Source: Chloroflexota bacterium
Lineage (GTDB): Bacteria; Chloroflexota; UBA11872; VXOZ01
NCBI GenBank assembly: GCA_963662335.2
Contig: CAXXVD010000005.1
Coordinates: forward strand, 256,001 to 320,000
Direction: 5' to 3'
Length of the DNA stretch: 64,000 bases
How positions within the stretch are numbered: position 1 is the stretch's first letter; each line of letters begins with the position of its first letter. The position numbers and the translations under genes are program-made. The notes beneath the pieces are model-generated. The model did not search any database. It was given only the letters and a program-made list of their open reading frames with translations, and was not told the origin of the DNA. This document shows positions 22,115-31,884 of the stretch, in pieces.

Positions 22115-24235
22115 TTACGTCCGCCGCGCCCATTCGATTAGCGCGGCCAGCGCCTCCGTGCGCGTCGCCCGGGACTGCACCTGCAAACGCTTGCGCGCGT
22201 CGAGGCGCTTGAACATCTTAGCCGCAAGCGCAAAGGTATCGTCCGCATCCTGCTCGTCTAAAGTCTCGCCGATGGCGTCGGTCGGATTGACAATGGCGGT
22301 AGAACGCGGCGCGAGCGCGCCCACCAGGCTCGGCAGGTCGTAGCGTAAGAGCACGCCGGGCAGGAAACTGCTGGCGGGCACGGTGTAGTCGCCGGAGCGC
22401 GTAACGTGGCGATACGAGGCGAGAGTCTCAATCGTCGCCACTGACCCAATACGTTGGTCAAGGGCGGCAGCGTGGAGCGCGACCAATCCGCCCCCGCCGT
22501 GTCCGAGCAGCGCGATGCGCTCCGCATCTACGTCAGGACGCTCCACGATCTGATCTATGCAGCGGACGGCGTCGGCCACGCGCTGGGTCAGCGGCCACTC
22601 GCCCAGGAAGTAGCCCAAGTACGCCAGGCGCGAGTCATTGCCCAGCAGCGCGGAGTCTTCAGGACGGTACTCAACTTCCGGTCTCCAGCGGGTCTCGCCC
22701 CAGCCGCGCAGGTCCATAGCAAAGACCAGGCTGTCGACGCGGGCCAATTCGGCAGCAATACCGTATTCGTGGGATTCGGCATCTTTGCCCATATCATGCG
22801 CGTAGACGATTGCGGGATGCGGGCCATCGCCCGGCGGCTGGAAGACCAGGCCGGGCACGGGCAAATCCACCTCGCTCTCGAAGTACACCTCTTCCACGCG
22901 CAAGCCGCCAACGGTGCGCGTGCCCACCGTTTGCAGCGCGCCCGCGGCCGGCGCTGCCTCGTAGTCAAGCACGGAGCGCGCCGCCGATAGCGTTTCCTCC
23001 TGAAACCGCGCGGCGTCCTTTGCCTTCGCCAGTTTCGGGACGGCCGGCGCAAGCTCTTGGGCACGCTTCTCGTTCAGCGAAACGACCGTCTCGTTGCGCT
23101 CGCTCAAGAGCGTCTGCCCGGCAGGCGTGCACCACAGGGTCTCCGGCTTTTCCGGTGCAAAGGGCGCCTCCACGACCGGTCCCGGCTCGTCCTTCAGCCA
23201 GCGGTTGAACCAGGCGTACATCGCCTCGCGCATTGGTTGGTTGTAGTCGTGGTGGGCCGGCGTCTCCACCATGTTCGCCCGCTCCGCCACGCCCAGCGCG
23301 CTATAGCAATCGAGCACGTCGGCATAGACGTCCCGCGCGCCGATGAGGGGAAAGAAGTCGTAGGTCGTGGACATGATCTGCATGGGCAGCGGCGCGCGGC
23401 ACATCAGCAGGTCGGCCATCTCCAGGTCGTCGGGATAGCTGCGCACCGGGTCCTGGCACGGGTCGCCGATCTGGCCTTTGGAGTGCATGCGCTCGTAGGT
23501 GGCGGTGGAGCAAACCGGCGCCGCCGCCGTGATACGCTCGTCGAACGCGGTCAGGAACATGGTGTACGTGCCGCCGCCGGACGCGCCGGTGCAGCCGATG
23601 CGGCTGGCGTCCACGTCGCTGCGCATCTCCAGGTAGTCGAGCATCCGCACGCCATCCCAGACCATGTGGTTGATCACCGTCTGGCCGACCAGCCAGCAGG
23701 GCAGGCACGCGCCGGCGTGTTGCTCGGTGCTGCTCTCCACCGGATTCGTGCCGGTCGCGGCGTCCCAGTGCTGGCTGCGCTCGCCCTGGCCAATCGGGTC
23801 GTAGACCAGGGCAACGTAGCCCTGCCGCGCCAGGCCGATGCCGCGCGCCTGCACCACGGTCTCGGCCTTGCCGTCGGCCCAGTGCCCCAGGGGATTGAGC
23901 ACGGCCGGCAGCGGTTCGGAAATTTCCGGCGGGCGGTAGAGATTGACCGTGACCGGAAACCCCGGCTGGCTCTCGATGAGAAGTTTCTCCACCACGTAGC
24001 CGTCGCGCTCGAGGATGCCCACAAGCTGCGGTTCGAGCGGCGTCTTATCGGGAAATTGCCCCAGCGAGCGGCGGAAGTTCTCGCGCACCGTGCGCGTGTG
24101 CGCCTGCCAGTCTTCAGCCGCATCGAAGGAACGCAGCTTGCGCTTGCGCCGCCAATTGTGCTCGCGAACCTGCCGCATGAGATAGCCAAAATAGGCTTCG
24201 TCCGCCCCGTTCACGCGCCCGCTCAAGACTGCCAT
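22115..24235 (-). CDS. Tandem alpha/beta-hydrolase (acetyl xylan esterase-like)
   Basis: First domain has GH, DPIGQGER and the GASGGG nucleophile elbow; second domain has DLRGWGET and GHGGGG lacking the serine; start at ATG 24235. Confidence 0.8.
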   Translation of the reverse strand: MAVLSGRVNGADEAYFGYLMRQVREHNWRRKRKLRSFDAAEDWQAHTRTVRENFRRSLGQFPDKTPLEPQLVGILERDGYVVEKLLIESQPGFPVTVNLYRPPEISEPLPAVLNPLGHWADGKAETVVQARGIGLARQGYVALVYDPIGQGERSQHWDAATGTNPVESSTEQHAGACLPCWLVGQTVINHMVWDGVRMLDYLEMRSDVDASRIGCTGASGGGTYTMFLTAFDERITAAAPVCSTATYERMHSKGQIGDPCQDPVRSYPDDLEMADLLMCRAPLPMQIMSTTYDFFPLIGARDVYADVLDCYSALGVAERANMVETPAHHDYNQPMREAMYAWFNRWLKDEPGPVVEAPFAPEKPETLWCTPAGQTLLSERNETVVSLNEKRAQELAPAVPKLAKAKDAARFQEETLSAARSVLDYEAAPAAGALQTVGTRTVGGLRVEEVYFESEVDLPVPGLVFQPPGDGPHPAIVYAHDMGKDAESHEYGIAAELARVDSLVFAMDLRGWGETRWRPEVEYRPEDSALLGNDSRLAYLGYFLGEWPLTQRVADAVRCIDQIVERPDVDAERIALLGHGGGGLVALHAAALDQRIGSVATIETLASYRHVTRSGDYTVPASSFLPGVLLRYDLPSLVGALAPRSTAIVNPTDAIGETLDEQDADDTFALAAKMFKRLDARKRLQVQSRATRTEALAALIEWARRT

Positions 24236-24344
24236 GAGAAGTCTCCTTGCCTTGCAATGAATTCGTGTTGCCATACCCAGGTCGTGCACTGAGAATACAA
24301 CGGCTTGGTTACGCGGGGCAAAGTGTGCTAGTATGCGGCACGTC

Positions 24345-25607
24345 ATGACGAGACCCCATTCCAACGACATACGCGCCTTCATTGAACGCGAAGCCGGCGC
24401 AGTTGCCGACTGGCTCTTTGCGCTCTGCGCCCAGGAGAGCAAACTCGGCAACGAGGCCCCCACGCGCGCGGAGGTGATGAATGCCTTTCAGGGCCTCGGC
24501 CTGAGCGTGGCAGAAGCGCCATATCCGCCGGATATAGCCGCAAATCCGCATCACATTCCAGTGCCGGAACTCAAGCAATACCCGGATCACGTGCGCGCGA
24601 ACCTGCTGGCTACAAAACCCGGCAGCGGCGGCGGGCGCAGCCTCATCTTGCAGACCCACCTCGACGTCGTGCCGGAGAGCGAAGGCCAGCGCTACGAGCG
24701 CGTGCAGGACCCGGAACGCGGCGAGATCATCTACGCCCGCGGCAGCAACGACGCCAAGGGGCAAGCGGCGGCGCTCCTGCTCGTCATGCGGGCGCTGGCG
24801 CACTTCGACATTGCGCTGGCCGGCGACCTGGAGTTGCAGTTGGTCACCGAAGAGGAAGTCGGCGGCAACGGCGCGCTGTCCTTCATCCACGCCGGCCGCC
24901 GGGCCGACGGCGTCGTGGTCATGGAACCCTCACTCGCGCAAATCCATCCGGCAAATCGCGGCGCGCTCTGGTTTCAAGTCGCTATCGCGGGCGTCAGCAT
25001 GCACATGGGGCGCATGCACGAGGGCGTCAGCGCCATCGATAAGGGCATCGCCCTCATCGCCAGTTTCAAAGAGTATGAGAAGGAACTGGTGGCGCTGAGC
25101 AAAGGCTATCGCGGCTTCGAGCGCTACGAGCATCCGGTGCAACTCAACGTGGGCATCTTCCAGGGCGGCCACTGGCCCAGCGCCGTGGCGGGCGAAGCCC
25201 TGATCGAAGGCGGTGTCGGCTTCCTGCCCAATAAGGCCATGGCCGACGTGCGCGCCGACCTGGAACGCATCGTCGCCACCCATCCGGACGAGTGGATTCG
25301 CGCAAACACGACGATCGCGTTCGACAAACTGCGCAACGATTCGTTCGAGATTCCCTACGACCATCCCCTGCCCGCCGCGCTGCTCGCGGCCGCGCGGGAG
25401 AGCGGCCTGGCAAGCGAGGTCTTCGGCTGGAACGTCTCCTGCGACGCGCGGCTCTACGCCCGCGTCGGCGGGCTGCCGGTCGTCGTCTTTGGCCCGGGTG
25501 ACCTGGCCACCGCGCACGGCCCCAACGAGCACTTCGCGGTCGCGGATATGGTGGACGCGGCCTGCGTGTTGACGCAGTTCGTGCAAGATTGGTGCGGAAC
25601 GACATAG
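24345..25607 (+). CDS. M20 family metallohydrolase (ArgE/DapE-like deacylase)
   Basis: HLDVVP, RGSNDAKG, EEEVGG, MEP, AHGPNE. Confidence 0.9.
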   Translation: MTRPHSNDIRAFIEREAGAVADWLFALCAQESKLGNEAPTRAEVMNAFQGLGLSVAEAPYPPDIAANPHHIPVPELKQYPDHVRANLLATKPGSGGGRSLILQTHLDVVPESEGQRYERVQDPERGEIIYARGSNDAKGQAAALLLVMRALAHFDIALAGDLELQLVTEEEVGGNGALSFIHAGRRADGVVVMEPSLAQIHPANRGALWFQVAIAGVSMHMGRMHEGVSAIDKGIALIASFKEYEKELVALSKGYRGFERYEHPVQLNVGIFQGGHWPSAVAGEALIEGGVGFLPNKAMADVRADLERIVATHPDEWIRANTTIAFDKLRNDSFEIPYDHPLPAALLAAARESGLASEVFGWNVSCDARLYARVGGLPVVVFGPGDLATAHGPNEHFAVADMVDAACVLTQFVQDWCGTT

Positions 25608-25811
25608 GATAGGCACTCGCTTACTCGGGACGCGGCTACACTTTCCAAGAGGCTGCGCATAGCCTCGATTGCCAGTCAGTCCGAGCGCAGCGTCGAACGG
25701 TGTTTGCGGAACCTAAGACGTAGCGTTAGATTTGAGAAGTTCGTTGACAGAAGCCGTTCCCCGCAAGGCAATTGAGGGAATCCGCTCTGCACAAGGCAGC
25801 ACTGACCCTAC

Positions 25812-25885
25812 TGTCATTCCGAGCGCAGCGAGGAATCTAGGGTGCACGCGGCAAGATGGATTCCCGCGTTCGCGGGAATGACGGA
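25812..25885. repeat. Composite of two palindromic repeat families
   Basis: TGTCATTCCGAGCGCAGCGAGGAATCT followed by TGGATTCCCGCGTTCGCGGGAATGAC. Confidence 0.82.
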
Positions 25886-26007
25886 GACCGACGCGCTATA
25901 TCCATGGCAATGACAGAGTCGAGGCGCTGTCCTCGCTGTTCTGAGGCGCCGTACTGGCAGTTCTGAAGGCAATCACGGCCTCATTCCAAGAGAGTCAACA
26001 CAGGACT

Positions 26008-26646
26008 ATGTCACCGCTAGACGAACACACCGAAGACAGCCGCAGAATCTGGGAAGCCCTGGCTTTCATCCTGCACCGCGTCTATGAACCCCTGGAAGAC
26101 GCGGGAGCGGAGTGGGCCATCATTGGCAGCGCGGCCTCGGCGCTCCAGGACATCGCGGTCAGTCCCAGCGAACTGCGCATTCTCACCACGCCGGACGCGA
26201 TCGACACCTGGTCGCTTCATCTCTGGGACTGGTTGGACGAAGAGCCGGACACACGCGATCAGAGCCACGCCAAACTCACGCTTAACGTAGAAAGCGCGCC
26301 GGTCACCGTCTTCGTCCGCGAACCCCGCGAGAATGAACAAGGTATACTGCTAGAGGGCGTGGGCGGCGCGCTGTGGGGCGTGGTGGGCCGGGTGCGCTTT
26401 CAAAACTGGCTCGTGCCCGTGGCGCCGCTGGAAGTGCAGTACGCCACCGCGGTCGGGCGCATGATGCGCGACCCCGCCCGGCGCTCGTGGCAACAGTTGG
26501 CCCGCAAACTGGCCCAGGCGCTCTATGCCAACGGTTTCTACCGGGAACTCGTGGAAGAGGCGCTGAGCCCGTACGGCGCGCAGGCCGGCAGTGTCGCGCT
26601 AGACCTGCTGCGGGCATCTGCGACGGGGTCGCGGACTGCGCCGTAG
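26008..26646 (+). CDS. Hypothetical protein with a nucleotidyltransferase-like N-terminus (acidic motif degenerate)
   Basis: WAIIGSAASALQDIAVSPSELRILTT resembles the GS..L.G....DxD NTase motif but has no DxD; AGGA upstream. Confidence 0.55.
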   Translation: MSPLDEHTEDSRRIWEALAFILHRVYEPLEDAGAEWAIIGSAASALQDIAVSPSELRILTTPDAIDTWSLHLWDWLDEEPDTRDQSHAKLTLNVESAPVTVFVREPRENEQGILLEGVGGALWGVVGRVRFQNWLVPVAPLEVQYATAVGRMMRDPARRSWQQLARKLAQALYANGFYRELVEEALSPYGAQAGSVALDLLRASATGSRTAP

Positions 26647-26765
26647 CCGACGTCTACGCATTCGCCGGCGGTCGCTTGGCGCGGCCTGTGAAGAGAACGA
26701 TTCCTATGAGAGAAACGGCCCACTTCACGGAGTTACGGAGTTTCCATCTCAACTAACGGCGAGTG

Positions 26766-26811
26766 GCTCTCAGGGTAGGGGCACGACATGTCGTGCCCCT
26801 ACCCTGAGAGC
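26766..26811. repeat. Perfect 46-bp palindrome with a GTAG-type REP core
   Basis: GCTCTCAGGGTAGGGGCACGACA|TGTCGTGCCCCTACCCTGAGAGC, no spacer and no mismatch. Confidence 0.92.
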
Positions 26812-26869
26812 GCCCCCTTGCGGCGCCTCATTGCACTGTGAAAAAACGCATCCAGGAGGAAGGATTCTC

Positions 26870-27952
26870 ATGGCAGACGCTATTCGCATCGGTGTCATCG
26901 GCACCGGTGTCTTTGGGATTAGCCACCTGCGGGTCTTCCAGCAGGCCGAGCGCGCCGGCCGCACGGCGCTGGTGGCCGCCTGCTCGTCCGGGCGCGACCC
27001 GGCGCGGGACGCCGAGCGCAAGGCGGAGTTCGGCATCCCCATCTACACCGACTGGCGGGAGATGCTCGACAAAGAGTCGCTGGACGCCGTTACCGTCGTA
27101 ACGCCGGACCATCTCCACCGGGAAATGACGGTCGAGGCCGCCAACCGCGGCCTGCACGTCCTCGTGGAGAAGCCGCTCGACGTCACCAGCGCCGGCTGCC
27201 GCGAGATCGTGGACGCCTGCCGCGCCAACAACGTATTCCTGCAAGTTGACTTCCACAAGCGCTACGACCCCTACCACATCGCCCTGGAACGCAAGTGCAA
27301 CGACGGCACGCTGGGCGAGGTGCTCTACGGCTACGTGCACATGGAAGACAAGATCGTCGTGCCGCGCGATTGGTTCCCCCACTGGGCGGGTTCCACCAGC
27401 CCGGCGTGGTTCCTGGGCGTGCACTTCTACGACCTCGTGCGCTGGTGCATCAAGAAGGAAGCGACGCGGGTCTACGCCACCGGCCACAAGAAGAAACTTG
27501 CCTCATTGGGAATTGACACGTTCGATTCCATCCAGGCGAAAGTTGAGTTCGAAGGCGGCGCGAGCGTCTTCTTCGATACCGGCTGGGTGCTGCCGGATTC
27601 GTTCGAGGCCATCGTGAACCAGTCCATCCGCCTCGTCGGCACGGAAGGCTTTGCCGAGGTTGACAGCCAGAACCGGGGCATGGAAGCGGCCAGTAACGCC
27701 GAGGGCATGCGCACCTACAACGAGGCCTTCATGCGCGAGGAAGAGGACAAACACGGCCGCGTGCTCTATCTCGGCTACGGCTACGAGAGCATTATGGACT
27801 TCGCGGACAACCTGGAATTCCTGCGCGAGGGCGGAACAATCGAGCAACTGGAAGGCCGCTATCCCAGCGGCGAAGACGCAATCGAGGTCACGAAGATCGC
27901 GGAGGCGGTGCACAAGAGCATCGAGACCGGCGCGATCGTGTCGCTCGCGTAA
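26870..27952 (+). CDS. Gfo/Idh/MocA family oxidoreductase
   Basis: VIGTGVFG, HVLVEKP, DFHKRYDP; AGGAGG upstream of ATG 26870. Confidence 0.92.
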   Translation: MADAIRIGVIGTGVFGISHLRVFQQAERAGRTALVAACSSGRDPARDAERKAEFGIPIYTDWREMLDKESLDAVTVVTPDHLHREMTVEAANRGLHVLVEKPLDVTSAGCREIVDACRANNVFLQVDFHKRYDPYHIALERKCNDGTLGEVLYGYVHMEDKIVVPRDWFPHWAGSTSPAWFLGVHFYDLVRWCIKKEATRVYATGHKKKLASLGIDTFDSIQAKVEFEGGASVFFDTGWVLPDSFEAIVNQSIRLVGTEGFAEVDSQNRGMEAASNAEGMRTYNEAFMREEEDKHGRVLYLGYGYESIMDFADNLEFLREGGTIEQLEGRYPSGEDAIEVTKIAEAVHKSIETGAIVSLA

Positions 27953-27965
27953 GGCTGGCTGTACA

Positions 27966-28535
27966 ATGGATGAACTCTTCCCCGGCTTCTACTGCTGGCG
28001 CGCGCCGATTCGTCCCGGCCGCGAGGCCTACAGCGTGTGGGTGGAGGGCGAACGCGAGAACGTGTTGATCGATCCGCTCACGCCGGAAGAGGGTCTGAGC
28101 CGGTTCAGCCATCCGAGCAAAGCCATCGTGGTGCTGCTGACCAACGGCAACCACGAGCGCGACGCGCATTCGTTCAAGCTGGCGCTGCGGGCGGAGATTT
28201 GGGCGCCGGCGGCGGCATTGCCCGACCTGGATCTCACGCCCGACCGGGTCTACGGCAGCGATGAAGACCTGCCGTGCGGCATCCGGGCGTTTCACCTGGA
28301 AGGCTCGCACTCGGCCGGCGAGACCGCCCTGCTCGTGCCGCGCGGCCCCGGCGTGCTCGTGATTGGCGACGGGCTGTTGGCGCATCCCAATGCGGAGTGG
28401 CGCGTATTTGTAGAGCACGAGCGCGCCGCCCTGGAGCCGCTGCGGGACTTAGCCTTCGACGCTTTGGTTACGTCCCACGGCGCGCCGGTGCGCAGCGGCG
28501 CGGCTGCGGGCTTGCGCGCATTCTTGGATGCTTGA
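27966..28535 (+). CDS. Small MBL-fold metallo-hydrolase-like protein
   Basis: VLIDP, LLTNGNHERDA, GSHSAGE, IGD, VTSHG; start at ATG 27966. Confidence 0.75.
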   Translation: MDELFPGFYCWRAPIRPGREAYSVWVEGERENVLIDPLTPEEGLSRFSHPSKAIVVLLTNGNHERDAHSFKLALRAEIWAPAAALPDLDLTPDRVYGSDEDLPCGIRAFHLEGSHSAGETALLVPRGPGVLVIGDGLLAHPNAEWRVFVEHERAALEPLRDLAFDALVTSHGAPVRSGAAAGLRAFLDA

Positions 28536-28580
28536 TGCCAACGCGGCAGGCGTGAATGCGCCTAACTCGGGATAAACTAC

Positions 28581-28625
28581 GTTAACAATGCTAATATGGC
28601 TAATCTGGCTAACTTTGCTATAATA
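28581..28625 (+). promoter_or_regulatory. Five 9-bp direct repeats (G(C/T)TA-led) ending in a TATAAT box just upstream of the ATPase gene
   Basis: GTTAACAAT GCTAATATG GCTAATCTG GCTAACTTT GCTATAATA; TATAAT at 28619-28624, 6 nt before the ATG. Confidence 0.6.
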
Positions 28626-28630
28626 GGCGC

Positions 28631-29821
28631 ATGGATCCTATTCAGAACCCATACGCGCCGGGCGCGGGCACACGGCCGCCGGAACTTGCCGGCCGCGATG
28701 AAATCCGCGAGACCGCGCTGATTGCATTGGAGCGCATCCGTCGCGGACGCCCCAGCAAGAGCATGATCATGGTCGGCTTGCGGGGCGTCGGCAAGACCGT
28801 GCTGCTCAACCGCATCCAGGAAGACGCCGCGGCGCGCGGCATCTATACGGCGGAGATCGAAGCGCCGGAACTGCGTTCTCTGCCCGCCGCCTTAGCGCCC
28901 TATCTGCGGCGGATTGTGCTACAACTCTCGAAGCGAGAGGCGTCGCGCGAACTCGCGCAACGCGCCCTGCGCGGGGTTGCCGGGTTTGTGAGCACGCTCA
29001 AGGTGAAGTATCAGGATATCGAGGTCGGTCTGGACTTCTCGCCCGAACCCGGGTTAGCGGACAGCGGCGACCTGGAAGCGGACTTGCAGGACTTGTTCGG
29101 CGTCGTCGGCAACGCGGCACGAGCGGCTGACTCCTGCGTGGCGCTCTTCGTGGATGAGATTCAATACGTGAGAGAAGAAGAACTGGCGGCCTTGATCATT
29201 GCGCTGCACCGCACGTCCCAGCGCCAGTTGCCCGTCACCCTGATCGGGGCCGGGCTGCCGCAGGTGCGCGGCCGCACCGGCAAAGCCAAGTCTTACGCGG
29301 AAAGGCTCTTCGACTTTCCCGAAGTCGCGGCGCTTTCACCCGCGGACGCCAGGCGCGCCATCGCCAGACCGGCCCAGGCCGAAGGCGTGACGTTCGCGGA
29401 CGATGCGCTCAATGCCATCGTCTCGCAAACGAAAGGCTATCCTTACTTCCTGCAGGAGTGGGGCAAGCACGTGTGGGACGCGGCTGTATCCTCTCCCATT
29501 AGCGCCTGTGTGGTAGACGTTGCCGCCAAGCAAGCCATTTCGAGCCTGGACCGCAGTTTCTTTCGCGTCAGATTTGATAGACTAACACCAGCGGAGCGGC
29601 GGTATCTGCGCGCCATGGCGGAGCTAGGTCAAGGGCCGCACCGTTCCGGCGCGATTGCTCAGAAACTCGGCCGGGCCGTTTCGGCGCTGGCGCCGCTGCG
29701 CAGCAATCTCATCAGCAAGGGCATGGTGTGGAGCCCGGGGCACGGCGAAACCGACTTTACCGTGCCCATGTTCAATGAATTCCTGCTGCGCGTTATGCCG
29801 CCAGACAGCGGAGATAGTTAG
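28631..29821 (+). CDS. AAA_16-type ATP-binding protein with a C-terminal winged-helix-like domain
   Basis: NPYAPGAG..PPELAGR, Walker A GLRGVGKT, Walker B LFVDEIQ, GYPYFLQ, LTPAERRYL...LISKGMV. Confidence 0.85.
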   Translation: MDPIQNPYAPGAGTRPPELAGRDEIRETALIALERIRRGRPSKSMIMVGLRGVGKTVLLNRIQEDAAARGIYTAEIEAPELRSLPAALAPYLRRIVLQLSKREASRELAQRALRGVAGFVSTLKVKYQDIEVGLDFSPEPGLADSGDLEADLQDLFGVVGNAARAADSCVALFVDEIQYVREEELAALIIALHRTSQRQLPVTLIGAGLPQVRGRTGKAKSYAERLFDFPEVAALSPADARRAIARPAQAEGVTFADDALNAIVSQTKGYPYFLQEWGKHVWDAAVSSPISACVVDVAAKQAISSLDRSFFRVRFDRLTPAERRYLRAMAELGQGPHRSGAIAQKLGRAVSALAPLRSNLISKGMVWSPGHGETDFTVPMFNEFLLRVMPPDSGDS

Positions 29822-29958
29822 ACCACTTGCCAGCTTACATGGCGGCAATGGAGCAAGTGTCCTTGTGAGAAGAGTAGCCAACAAGCGTTGCACGAGGCTG
29901 CTTGAGCAGGCACTTTGAGATACGTAACGAAGTCACGAACACCTGAACCGGAGGAAAG

Positions 29959-31311
29959 ATGATGAAGACTAGCGCCCAATTGCGCGGCCCGGTAATCAAC
30001 ACCGAGTTGCCTGGCCCGCGCTCGCGCGAGATCAAGGAGATATCCGAGCAGTACGAGCCCAACGCCTCCAGCGAGCAGGTGCCAATCGTGTGGAAGCACG
30101 CCGAAGGCGTGTGGGCGACGGACATGGACGACAATACGTTCCTGGACTTCACCAGCGGCGTGCTGGTCGCCAACGCCGGCCACAGCCACCCGCGCCTGGT
30201 GCAGGCGATGCAGGAGCAGGCGGAACGCGCCGTCAACACCTACGACTTCCTCAACGAGTGGCGGCCGCAACTGGCCAAGAAGCTCGTGGAAATCACGCCG
30301 CCGAACCTCTCCCGCGCGATTGTGCTCTCCACCGGCGCGGAGACAATCGAAACGGCCATGAAGATCGCGCGCCTCTACACCGGCAAGCACGAGATCGTGG
30401 CCTTCCACGGCGCGTTCCACGGCCGCACGTTCGGCGCCATGTCCGTGAACGGCAAGCGCTCCAGCCCCGGCATCAAGGGGTTTGGGCCGTTCCTGCCCGG
30501 CGTGGTCTTCGCGCCGTTTCCCTATCCCTACCGCAGCATCCTCTGCCGCGGCCATGAAGAGGAGTGCAGCGAACGCTGCTTCGAGTACTTCAAGTGGATC
30601 ATCGAGACCGAAACCGAGAAAGACGTGGCCGCGGTGCTGGTGGAAACCTACCAGGGCGCGGCCGGCTCGATCATCGCGCCCAAGGACTGGCTGCAAAACA
30701 TCGCGCAGTGGTGCAAGGAGAACGGCGCGGTGCTCATCATCGACGAGGTGCAGGCGTCGTTCGGGCGCACCGGCAAGCTCTTCGGCTTCGAGCACTACGA
30801 AATCGAGCCGAACCTGCTCTGCCTGGGCAAGGGCATCTCATCCACGGTGCCGGTATCGGCGGTCGTGGGCGAAGAGGACATCATGAGCGTCCTGACACCG
30901 GGCTCCGTCTCCAGCACCCACGGCGGCAACGCCTTTTCGAGCCGCGTGGCGCTGGAGAACATCAACGTGATCCTGGAAGAGAACCTGTCCGACAACGCCG
31001 CCCGCGTCGGCGCCGTGCTGGACGCGCGCTTCCGCGCGATGCAGGACAAGTACCCGGTCATCGGCGAGGTGCGCGGGCTCGGCCTGGTCTTCGGCCTCGA
31101 GTTGGTCAAAGACCCCGACACCCGCGAACCGGCGCCGGAACTCACGCAAGCCATCGTCGACGAGGCCTTCAAGCGCGGCATCGTGATGATTGCCCCAATT
31201 GGCTTCCACGGCAACGTGATTCGCATCGCCCCGCCGCTGGTCATTACGGAAGAAGAGGCGCTGCTGGGCGCGGACATTCTCGAAGAGGCAATCGCCGCCG
31301 TAGTTGGTTAG
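29959..31311 (+). CDS. Class III aminotransferase (4-aminobutyrate aminotransferase-like)
   Basis: FHGRT, DEVQASFGRTG, LGKG, STHGGN. Confidence 0.92.
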   Translation: MMKTSAQLRGPVINTELPGPRSREIKEISEQYEPNASSEQVPIVWKHAEGVWATDMDDNTFLDFTSGVLVANAGHSHPRLVQAMQEQAERAVNTYDFLNEWRPQLAKKLVEITPPNLSRAIVLSTGAETIETAMKIARLYTGKHEIVAFHGAFHGRTFGAMSVNGKRSSPGIKGFGPFLPGVVFAPFPYPYRSILCRGHEEECSERCFEYFKWIIETETEKDVAAVLVETYQGAAGSIIAPKDWLQNIAQWCKENGAVLIIDEVQASFGRTGKLFGFEHYEIEPNLLCLGKGISSTVPVSAVVGEEDIMSVLTPGSVSSTHGGNAFSSRVALENINVILEENLSDNAARVGAVLDARFRAMQDKYPVIGEVRGLGLVFGLELVKDPDTREPAPELTQAIVDEAFKRGIVMIAPIGFHGNVIRIAPPLVITEEEALLGADILEEAIAAVVG

Positions 31312-31390
31312 GCCCTCTACTAGGTGAGCGTAGTTCTTTGGAGCGTCTTCTACGTCCTGGTTCGTCCGACCTGCATAAGGAGCAAAGGCA

Positions 31391-31813
31391 ATGTCAGATT
31401 TGTTCGTCACCGAACTCAATTACCTGGCAATCCTGGCGGCGGGCATCAGCAACATGGTGCTGGGATTCCTGTGGTACGGGCCAATCTTCGGCAATAAGTG
31501 GATGGGACTGATTGGCAAGACTGCGGACGACCTGAATCCCAACCCCATGATCTACGTGGTCTCGTTCCTGCTCTCGTTGCTCATGGCGCTCGCGCTTTCC
31601 ATCTTCATCCACCACGTCAACGCCAGCATCCAGGCGATGAGCCTTCTCATTGGCCTTATTGTCGGTCTTATGGCGTGGGTCGGCTTCGTGGGCCCGGCGA
31701 CCTTTCAAAACAACATGTACTCCGGCATCTCGAAGAAACTCTACGCCATCGACTACGGCTACGTGCTGGTTGCGCTCGCCATCCAAGGCGCGATCATCGG
31801 TGTGTGGCGCTGA
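31391..31813 (+). CDS. DUF1761-like membrane protein
   Basis: NYLAIL...LGFLWYGPIFG..W, four hydrophobic helices, IDYGY. Confidence 0.8.
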   Translation: MSDLFVTELNYLAILAAGISNMVLGFLWYGPIFGNKWMGLIGKTADDLNPNPMIYVVSFLLSLLMALALSIFIHHVNASIQAMSLLIGLIVGLMAWVGFVGPATFQNNMYSGISKKLYAIDYGYVLVALAIQGAIIGVWR

Positions 31814-31884
31814 AGCCGAACAGTTCGCTCCAAGCATAGCGCCCTGCCGCGGGCCTCAATAGAACCAAGCGGAGCAAATAGCGC

